The position numbers and the translations under genes are program-made. 64,000 nucleotides of DNA, taken from contig CM069140.1 of assembly GCA_035221665.1 (NCBI GenBank), positions 5,022,001 through 5,086,000 on the forward strand, given 5' to 3'. This DNA is from Okamejei kenojei. Its lineage: Eukaryota. This document shows, in pieces, positions 13,119 to 22,921 of this stretch (position 1 is its first letter; each line of letters opens with the position of its first letter). The notes beneath the pieces were generated by a model that did not search any database, was not told where the DNA came from, and saw only the letters and a program-made list of their open reading frames with translations.

Positions 13119-16100
13119 GTCAGGAGGCATAACTCAGCGAGCCACGGGGGCTTGCAGCAGTGCCTGGTGCAGGGCTGCATGATGTGTCCCCGTCGGAAAA
13201 CAGGAGCACAGAGCAGCAGTCATGGGCGGAGGATCGCTCGGTGCGAGACCCGCGGGATGCGGAAGTACCGACCATGGTCACTAAGTTTGCTATGCCGTTG
13301 CTGGTTGGGGAGCCTCTGGAAGAAGAGCTTGCAGCCAGCATAAACTATCTGGCTTCCCATCAGCTGCAAGAGCAGGTTATGATGGAGACAGCCATGAGGT
13401 ACCATGCTCCTAGCAATTGTCCTGCCCTGAAGGTATCCATGGTCAATAGTTCCATCTGGAGCTCTATCGGCGGTGGCATAAAGACCCAAGAGGTCAAATT
13501 GCAGAGAATTCTGAATCTGCTGGCATCGGGGCTGACAGCATTTGCCAGGTCGGTAGATGGCTGCGCATTATCGGAGGCTCAAAGGGACGCAATGGCACTG
13601 TTGTGCAACGCACAGTTCGAAATTAACTTTTCGGAAGAATGCCATTCATCCTGTTCTCAACCCCAAGTTTGCGGGGTTGTGTAAGGCCAGTAATGTGCAG
13701 CCGCCCAATTTGCTGTTTGGAGACGACCTGTCCAGGCAGGTGAAGGATTTGGATGATGAGTCTAAGGCTGTGGGGCTACTGCGGGCTCCACCACCTAACA
13801 GACAACCGTTCCGACGCCAGCACCCCTACACCTCGACCAGCAGAAGACCCACTGAGGAGACCACCTCCAACTTGAAAAACAAAAAACATGTCCGGAGGTC
13901 TTTTTTATGACATGGCCCAAGCCGGCCAACAGCCAAGATGCGCAGCTGGCACACATCAGCACCTCTACTCCCCAAACATCGGGGCAGGAAATAAACGTCC
14001 AGAGTCCATCGACTAATACGGAGGCAAGTGGGTCTGGGTCTCAATGTAACATACTGGGTGCGGACTTATTGCATGTTGGTGGTAGGTTACGTTTCTTTGT
14101 GCATGAGTGGCGATGGTTAACTTCTGACTTGTTCATACTGCACAGTATAGAGGGGTTCAAAATTGAGTTTGCAGGCTCTCTCCCACCCACGCAGCATGTT
14201 CCAAATCGTACCTTTACTCATTCAAAGCGGGATGATTTGGAAGTTCTGGCTGAAATTGATAAGTTATGTGTTAAAAGAGTGATTGAAAAGACCAGTCATG
14301 AACCTCATGAATTTGTACCTAATATCTTCCCTAGGGATAAGAAGGATGGGGGATGTTGCATTATTTTGGATTTAAACCAACTTAATACCTTTGTGCAGTA
14401 CAAACATTTCAAAATAGAAAGTTTAATAATGGCAAAACAGCTAATTTCCAGGGGATGTTATATGGCATGCATTGATCTTAAAGATGCTTATTATTCTGCA
14501 TCTATTCACAAGGATCACAGAAAATACTTAAAGTTTAAATGGATGGGGCAGCTATGGCAGTTGAAAGCATTGACGAATGGGTTAACCTCAGCTCCCAGGT
14601 TGTTCACTAAAATATTAAAACCTGTGTTGGCTCTGTTAAGAGAGCAGAAACACATAGTTATGGCTTATTTGGACAATAAGGGATCAGGGGGTATGGAAAG
14701 AAGGCAGGGTAAGGGATACTGTTGGATGATCAGCCATGATCATATTGAATGGCGGTGCAGGCTCGAAGGGCCGAATGGCCTACTCCTGCACCTATTTTCT
14801 ATATCCTCATTATAGGGAAAACCATGGAATTGGCTATATTGGCGGTTTCAAACCACCAACTTACTGTTTGAACAGCTGGGGTTCTTAATTCACCATGAAA
14901 ATCCAGGTTGACTCCATCCAGGATTATGGATTATTTGGGATTTATACTATTAATTCCAATCACCTGTTAATCATCTTGCCTGAGGGCAAGAGATTGAAGT
15001 TAATCGAGAGCCTGCAATCATCTGAGCACACAGCAGCTGCCTTCAATTCGACAAGTAGCTAGCTTAATTGGGAAATTGGTGGCTACATTTCCAGCTGACA
15101 AATATGGGCCTTTGCACTATCAGCGATTACAAAGAGCAAAGGTGCAGGCACTCAAACTTAATTTAGGCCACTTTGACAGAACCATGCAATTACCGGCCGA
15201 AGCCATTAATGAGCTACAATTGTGGTAGCCAATATTGGCCATTGATCTGGCAATATTTTAATTGAAAGCCCTGCAATTATTTTACAGACTGATGCAAGTT
15301 CTCTGGGGTGGGATTTATAAACATCAGTGTCCATGTGTTTATAAACATTGGCGCCACTGACACCGTTACTAGCTGCGATTGGCAGATGGAATATGCATGA
15401 GATATCATTTCTGCAGCTGCATGGTGTTAACTATTTGGAGTTGCTTGCAGCCCTGTATGGCTTGAAAGCTTATTGTGCACATATCCACCATGTGCACGTT
15501 CAAATACAGATAGATAACACCACAGCAGTGGCATGTATAAATCACATGGGTGGTATCAAGTCAGTATCCTGTGATAATTTGGCATGTCGCATTTGGAAAT
15601 GGTGTATTGCTCGACATATTTGGGTTTCAGCTATCTACCTTCCAGGTTCCAGATTCAACACGGTGGCGGACACCAGGACACGTAATTTCAATGACAACAC
15701 AGAATGGGTGTTGAATTATAGAGTGTTTAAGGATATTATTTCTAGATATGGAACACCGGATATGGATTTGTTCGCTTCAAGGCTAAACGATCAATTACCC
15801 AAGTATGTTGCATGGGAACCAGACCCAGGGGCAGTAGCAATAGATGCTTTTTCGTTACATTGGGGTGCAATAATTTCTATGCATTACCCCCATTTTGCCT
15901 CGTCAGTCGCTGTCTGCAGAAAATTCAGCAGGACTCTGCCTCCGGCATCCTGGTAGTCCCTGACTGGCCGACTCAGCCCTGGTATCCTCTAGTTCTGAGC
16001 AAGGTTGTAGAACCCGTGAGGAAGATTCCTAAAGGAAGGACGTTGTTAACAAATCCGGTGTCTGGTGAAATACATCCTCTACATGATCAGCTCAATTTAT

Positions 16101-17558
16101 TGATTTGGAGGTTTTAAGAAGACCGTTCCTTGGGCTGGGACTAGCTCATCTTCGCACGGTGGATGTTCTAACTGCGGCATGGAGAGGCAGTACTCAGAAA
16201 CAATATGCTTCATATATCAGGAAATGGAACTGTTCTGTGCACAGGCTGACATTTCTTATGAGGCAGTACAAAATGCTAATGTTCTGGAGTTCCTCTCAAA
16301 ACTGTATTAATGATGAAAAATTGAGCTACAGTGCCCTCAATAGTGCCAGAGGTGCACTGTCATCATACCTGCTGCCATATTCAGGAACACCAATTGGTGG
16401 GTCTAACCTCTAGTGGTCTAGGTTCATGAGGGAATCTCAATTCAAATCCCCCTAGGCCCAGATATTCAGAAATTTGGGATGTAGGGGTGGTGTTAACGGT
16501 TACTCTGGTCATGATCTCCGCCAACTTCCCTGTCTCTACTCCAACTCATGCATAAAGGTGGCTATGCTGAATGGCATTAGTTTCAGCACAGAGGGTCCTA
16601 GTCCTTGCATAAGCTTAGTTTAGACAGGATGCTCACCTCGGCTATAGTTTCACCTTCTTTGTGGATGTGCCTATAAAACAGAGTAGACCAGGTACCTCGG
16701 GATTGAAGTTACAGTTCATGTCATATCCTTTGAATCCCAATTTGTGTGTAGTACCTCACCTCCGGCAGTATATACCCTCACCAAGGGGCTTCGGGGTCTG
16801 AGTCAGCATTATTGATTAGCCACAGGAAATCACATAAGCAGGTCTCAACTCAGACTATTTCCAGGTGGTTAAAGCAAGTTTTGATAAAGGCTGGGATTGA
16901 TACTAAAATGTTTAAATCTCATTCCACCAGGTCTGCAGCTACGTCAGCATGGACGTCCCGCTAGACCAGATATTGTCGGCTGCAGGGTGGTCCTCAGCAC
17001 GCACGTTTCAAACGTTTTATAATAAGCCTTTAGCCGGAACGAGCGTGTTTGCTAGCTCAGTTTTAAGCTTGCGTTAATGTCCTCTCGGGTAGGATCTGTT
17101 GTTGCTTTGTTATCGTTAACTACACATTAAATTCAATTTGTTCATTATGTCATGTCTCTACAATTTTGTCCACTCTCCCTGGTCAACTATACAGTGTGTG
17201 ACGCATGGATTTGTTCCACGGAGAGCTTTAAAATCTTCACGTAGTCACTCACGTGACTCCGAAGTAAGATTGAACGAGAATTTACCAGTTTGAAGTTTGA
17301 TCTTTATTTTATGAGGAGTTACGGTGAGGGATTACGTGCCCTCTGCTCCAAACCCATCCTCATAAAACCAGCTGGTAGTTCTAATTTCTTCAATCTTACT
17401 ATTCTCAGGTCAATGTTCCTGTCTGTGACTCCACACCGCTGCTTTGAAGGTTGACGCACATGCGCGGCTGATGGGTTCTTCACGTATTCCCTCATCGTAA
17501 CTCCTCATAAAATAAAGATCAAACTTCAAACTGGTAAGTACTCGTTTAATCTTACTAT
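13119..17558 (+). mobile_element. DIRS1-type retrotransposon, 5'-truncated, second subfamily
   Basis: gag 13160-13910; RT 13907-14815 (DLKDAYYS, YLDN); RNase H/MT 15348-16117 (DLFASRLN, YALPPF); YR ~16105-17075 (SHSTRSA, AAGWSS). ICR ~17265-17340 is inverted against terminus 17480-17558. Confidence 0.92.
14678..14802 (+). mobile_element. CR1 3'-end fragment inserted in the DIRS RT
   Basis: CR1 3' UTR sequence interrupts MAYLDN|ILIIGK. Confidence 0.8.
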
Positions 17559-18084
17559 ACCAATTCCCACACAGGGTTCCCAACTGTCCCATATTAGCCC
17601 GGACATCCTGGATTTTGGGCTAAATTTGTTTGTCCCATATGGGACCGCCCTTGTCCCGTATTTGACTGGTACTACTCGGGTCAAGGGGACTGTCGGGTCG
17701 GAGCGCCACATCCGGCCCGCCTCACCCGTCCCGATATAGTGCAGCCCCTGGAGTGCAGCAGCAGCGCCACAGTTTAAGAATAAGGAGTAAGCCATTTAGA
17801 ACGGAGACAAGGAATCACTTTTTCTCCCAGAGAGTGGTGAGTCTGTGGAATTCTCTGCCAACACCTATAAACAATTCTTATGTTACTGAAAAGATAACCG
17901 ACCAATAGGACTGACTCTGAAGACAGGACAATGAAGAGATGTGCTTCATGCAAGCGTGGAGAATATTGGTTATTTTTAGAAAAACAACTCTGCATTTGGT
18001 TGGATTAAACCTCATTTTCCATTTCTTTGCCCATTTCTGAGCTGATCTATACCGTCTAAACTATAGAGTGCATCTTCCCACTCA

Positions 18085-18560
18085 CCCAACCTATCCAAGT
18101 CACCCTGCAGTCTCATAGCATCCTCTTCGCAGATCTATACTTTATCATCCTTGCTCACTGTCTGCAGATCCCTGCAGAACTCAGCTGGTCACAGACTTCC
18201 AGTCTGAATAATGCCCTTCACCACAACCCTCTGTCTTCTATCAGTAAACCTGTATTGACCCAGACGACAAAATCACTATGAATGCCGTGCATTTTGACTT
18301 TCTTGGACAACCAACCATGGAGAACTTTCTGAAAATGCCTTACTAAGGTCCATATAGACAAGCATCCACTGCCCTACCTTCATCGATCACCTTTGTCACC
18401 TCTCCTCAAAAAAAATCATTCAAGTTAGTAAGACATGATCTGTGGCGTACAAAGCCATGTTGATGGTCCCTAATTAGCCCATTGTCCTTCCAAATGGTAG
18501 TAAAATCCAAAGAATCCTCTCCAATTGCCTCCTTACCACTGATGTGAGGCCAAAGTAATA
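18085..18560 (-). mobile_element. Old CR1 RT fragment
   Basis: LIRDHQHGF...SCLTNL.DFF. Confidence 0.75.
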
Positions 18561-19672
18561 CTTTGGAATGCAAGTGGAACCAAAACATTCATACCCTGGG
18601 AGAAAGGAAATACTGAATGTCTAATCTATCTCTAAATTTTTTTTAATCATTGCTGTTGTATCTGCTTCAACACCTTCCCCTGGTAATGCATTCCAGACAT
18701 CAATGTTTTGTACAATCTTCATAGGTCTTATCTAGTCATACACCTGAGGACATCGAGCACCTACATGTCCAAATACGCACTGTCCTCAAGACATCCCGAT
18801 GTCCTCTGTCTGACTGTCCCCAAGTTCCTGTAAAAGGACAAATGGCAATGGTAAAAGTGAGGTTGAAAGGGTAACAGGACATCTGCTTAGCTGCCATGGG
18901 AGTTGGAGTGAGCTGTGTTTGTTGCTCTATGTCTGTTGGAGGTGCACGATTTAGAACTGTTGTGAGACCATTCTGAAGAAGGAACAGATGCTCCACAGAA
19001 CGCCTCCCTGGGATTTCCTGCCATTGACCCGTCCAGCAGCACTTGGCTGCCCCCTTGACTGGGCAGCCTCCCGCTTCTCAGTACAACTGCTTCTCTTAGT
19101 GTTGCACTTCCTGTTCTTGAAAACTTGCATCAAAAAACTCATGGCTGACACAGATCAAAGGGTTTTATAACAGTAGCGAGGGGACACCTGTCCAGTAGTG
19201 AAACTCTGTTTTAATATCTGGGAAAGAAAATTCCTCATCAATATATAATCCTCCTTCCACCCAAGTAATTCTGGTTCACATTGATTCTTCCAAGGTTAAT
19301 GGAGGCAGACGATTCTGCAAATTAGTTTTATCAATTCAGTCCCTTTATCTCACTGCATGGGTTCTCTCAGTCAATCTCTCTCAGGGGGCTAACTTTACAC
19401 TGCTCAGTTTCTCTGCAGCTTTCAGTCTCTCTCTCTCTTTCTATCTCTATCTCTCTCAGAGGGTTATCTGTATACTGACCGGTGAACCTTACTCCCTCTC
19501 TCTCAGCTTGATATCTGTACACTGAGTTGCGAATCTGTGGAATTCTCTGCCACAGACGGAAGTGGAGGCCAATTCACTGGATGTTTTCATGAGAGAGTTA
19601 GATTTAGCTCTTAGTGCTAAATGAATCAAGGAATATCCGGAAAAAGCAGGAATGGGGTACAGGCTCTCTCTC

Positions 19673-19717
<45 letters not shown>
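19673..19717 (+). repeat. Poly-C tract (~45 nt)
   Basis: Read directly from the sequence; explains the poly-Pro ORFs. Confidence 0.9.
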
Positions 19718-19718
<1 letters not shown>

Positions 19719-20053
19719 CTCCGCTCTCCCCCTCTCTCTGCCCCTCTCCTTTCTGTAAACGGATCGGTCTCCCTCATTCCCTCTCTCTTGAGACATCTAC
19801 ACTGACCAGTGTGCCACTGTCAGGGGTATATCTGTACACTCTTTCATGGGATATCTACAGTCTGATACCATTATACCAGCCAAGCTCATCACCAAACTCG
19901 AGGGAGTCAGTACTCACCTCTGCAACTGCATCATTGACTTCAATTCAGTTCAGTTTAGTTTATTCTCATGTGCACCAAGGCACTGTGAAAAGCTTTTGTT
20001 GTGTGTTAATCTGTCAGCAGAAGGACAATGCATGATTACAATTAAGCCATTTC

Positions 20054-20885
20054 AGGGCCTGTCCCACTTGGGCGACTGCCTGCGAATATCATACTCGTAG
20101 CTGGTCGCCGAAACACCGGTGACTGGACCCCCCTACAACAATGTCTACGACAAGCTTCAACAACCTACCACCTAGTCGACGTCAAGCTGAGGCAAGCTAC
20201 CGACCACCGGCGACCCAATCGTCGCGACTTGGGACGTGCACCTACGACAACCTACGATGACTCATACAACAATCTACGACCACAAAGGGCACGACAATGT
20301 CACGACTGTCGGAGACAACTGAAGACAGTCCATGTCATTTTGGCCTCCAAAACAATGGAATCATCCAGTTATAAAAGGGGATGTATTGTTTCCAACATCT
20401 GAGGGCATTGCTCTCACAAGAAGAAGCCCTGCTGCTTGCAGCAGCCCTCATGCTTAAAGATCAGCAAGACAGAAGGACAAAAAGAATGGGGAAGAGGAAG
20501 CCCAAGAAGAGGTGTGTGTGGTTGAAGCCCTTGTCCCTGTAGAGACCCAGGTTGGGCCAGTATGACAACCTGATGATTGAGCTCCAGCAAGAAGATGAGG
20601 CTGCCTTCAGAAACTTCACCAGGCTTCCCCCTGAGCTGTTTCAGGAGCCGAAGACACTGGGTGGGCCCTCTTCTGGAGAAAAAGGAGACCCACGGAGGAG
20701 TCACTGTCGTAGCCTGGTGTAGCTAGTCGCGTCAACTATTGCCGATAGTCGCCAGCTATCGTAGCATATTGCCGGTATGGTCGTAGGTAGTCGTTGGTAT
20801 GGTCATACATTGTCGTAGATTGTCGCCGATATAGGCGTAGATGGACTTCACTCATAGCATCACGACTGGATGTTGTAGCTTGACT
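20054..20885 (+). mobile_element. PIF/Harbinger internal-deletion derivative with transposase N-terminal remnant
   Basis: Left TIR AGGGCCTGTCCCACTT and subterminal CGAC/GTCG repeats. ~20495-20690 translates to RKPKKRCVWLKP..RPRLGQYDNLMIELQQEDEAAFRNFTRLPPELFQE..VGPLLEKKET (one stop, one indel). Right TIR not found. Confidence 0.7.
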
Positions 20886-21084
20886 TCTCTGCACTACCCA
20901 CCTCACTGGGGACCCTCGCACTATCTTTGATCGGAATTTACTGGTTTTATCTTGCACTGAACTTTATTCATGTTATTCCCTTCATCATGTTTCTGCTCAC
21001 TGTATTGTCCATCTGTTGTCTGGTGAACTCGCAACTAAAGGTGGTCACTGTACCTCGTGACAATAAACTCAACTCAAACTGACT

Positions 21085-21505
21085 GGTGTCACTCAGCCCT
21101 CTCATTGATGGGGATATCTGCACTAACTGGTGTCTCTCAGTCCCTCTCTCACCAGGATATCTGTACACTGACCGGTCTCTCAGTCTCCCGTTCAGGGGGA
21201 TATCTGTACACTCACCAGTCTCTCAGTCCTCTCTCTCAGGGGGATATCTGTACACTCACCAGTCTCTCAGTCCTCTCTGTCAGGGGGATATCTGTACACT
21301 GACCAGTCTCTCAGTCCCTCCCTCACCAGGATATCTGTACACTGATTGGTCTCTCTCAGTCCTCTCTCTCAGGGGGGATATCTGTACACTGACCGGTGAA
21401 CCTGAGCCCCTCTCTCCCAAGGGGATATCTACATTGACAGGTGTCCCTCTCTCTCAGGCGGATATCTGTACACCGACTTTTAACTCGGCCCCTCACTGGG
21501 GTATC
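21085..21505 (+). repeat. ~42-45-bp minisatellite (GGGGATATCTGTACACTGACCGGTCTCTCAGTCCTCTCTCTCA), about 9 units
   Basis: Tandem units visible; related degenerate units at ~19380-19870 and 26593-26787. Confidence 0.85.
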
Positions 21506-21549
21506 GCTTCTCGGCCTTTTGGCTAAGATCAAGTGTAGTATCTGTTCTT
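21503..21549 (+). ncRNA. RNU2: U2 snRNA 5' fragment (nt 1-47), non-functional, part of the LINE 5' end
   Basis: ATCGCTTCTCGGCCTTTTGGCTAAGATCAAGTGTAGTATCTGTTCTT matches the vertebrate U2 5' end, including the branch-site recognition GTAGTA; no Sm site or 3' half. Confidence 0.92.
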
Positions 21550-21712
21550 TTTGTGAAAGAGACTATCTGTTCTTATCAGAACAGTTCTGGCGGTCCCTTG
21601 GGGACAAGGGCCGTGGATTGCGGAGCAAAATCGTTGAGGAGTTGGTCGGCTGCAGGCTTAGAGGTGGATCCATGCTGGTTGGGAAACCAACCTAACACCT
21701 TATTCAGCCACA

Positions 21713-22429
21713 ATGTCAGTAGGAGCAGGAGTGCAGGGTATTCGGAATACCCTGCGAATAAGTGTCAAGGACCTCAGCAAGGGGACCCCCTTCTCACGAG
21801 ACCTGTTCGTGAAGAAGGTCTTGCTAGAGGCCTGCAAATTTGAGGCCAAGGACATCTACTGCCTCCAGGATTTTCCGGGTAACGGATATTTTGACGTTAC
21901 CTTCAAGTATCCAACGGGTTGGCAGAAGGTGATGGACAAGGATGGAGAAATCGTCCACCCCCCCTCGGTTTTCGCGATTGGAGGAAACCGAGGATACTTG
22001 AGCTATGTTGGGCAACCCAGGCTGTGCAGGAAATGCAACAAGCCTGGGCATGTGATGGCCCAATGCACTGCAGTTGTCTGCAAAAACTGCAAGATGGAGG
22101 GCCATGAGACAAAGGACTGTCAGGCCAGCAAGAACTGCAACCTGTGCGGGGAGGCAGGCCACCTTTACAGGGCTTGCCCTAAAAGAACCTGCACCTACGC
22201 ACAGGCAACAAGAGGAGCTGCTGCCAGCACCCCAAAGGGGAGTGAGGCACCCCCCACCACTGCAAAGACCCCAGCAGAAAGAGGGAACACGGATGAGGAC
22301 AGCCCGACCACCTTGAGGCCCCAAGTGCCAGAAGGAGACGCCCAGCATCCTGCCCAGGACGGAGAGTCGATGGAGGAGGGGGAACAGCAGGAGAAGTGGA
22401 CAATGGTGAAGTATAAGAAGAGGGGTTAG
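21713..22429 (+). CDS. Tx1/Keno ORF1 (gag-like, ZCCHC3-related), with apparent in-frame internal deletion
   Basis: Three knuckles CRKCNKPGHVMAQC, CKNCKMEGHETKDC, CNLCGEAGHLYRAC; FDVTF and HPP..FAIGGNRGYL..GQP motifs lie unusually close together. Confidence 0.8.
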   Translation: MSVGAGVQGIRNTLRISVKDLSKGTPFSRDLFVKKVLLEACKFEAKDIYCLQDFPGNGYFDVTFKYPTGWQKVMDKDGEIVHPPSVFAIGGNRGYLSYVGQPRLCRKCNKPGHVMAQCTAVVCKNCKMEGHETKDCQASKNCNLCGEAGHLYRACPKRTCTYAQATRGAAASTPKGSEAPPTTAKTPAERGNTDEDSPTTLRPQVPEGDAQHPAQDGESMEEGEQQEKWTMVKYKKRG

Positions 22430-22921
22430 CCCAAAGAGCCGAGGCCGGAAAGGAGTGGTAAGTCCAAACGAAAATCACCAAAAAGGTGTATTTCTCTTAC
22501 AGAAGGCAGCAAGGATGAGGCGACCGGGAAGTCCCAACGAGGGAGGCAGAGGAAGAAAACGGGGGAGGAAAAGGAGACCGAGAGCAGAGAAGTGGCCGAG
22601 GGGCTCCAGCCCCAGGACATCGGGAGCAGCGCAGTGGTTGAGGGGCTCCAGCCCCTGGAGACAGGAATCATCACAACGGCAAGTGGACCCCAGCTCCAGG
22701 CGACTGGGAAGAGTGCAACGGCCGATGGGTCCCAGCTCCGGGCGACCGGGAGCAGCGACAGAGGAAGCGGCATGCCCAAAAGGGGGTGGAACGAGAAGGC
22801 CCCCCCCCAACTTTGGTTACGCCACCTGATACTCACCTCACAGCTGGATTCCTGAGCCCAGGAAATTCACCGAAGCGGTGGGAATGAGGGGACATGAAAA
22901 TGGTCAGTGACTCTAAAGACA

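Noticed and set aside
15740-16000. Adenine methyltransferase-like domain as a novel or horizontally acquired gene
   Set aside because: It is the known MT domain of DIRS1 pol.
18736-19170. Short ORFs and a possible minus-strand exon in unique sequence
   Set aside because: No recognisable homology and weak splice support.
19614-20035. Poly-proline ORFs
   Set aside because: Produced by a C homopolymer.
21503-21549. Functional U2 snRNA gene
   Set aside because: Only nt 1-47 are present; no Sm site, 3' stem-loops or snRNA promoter context.
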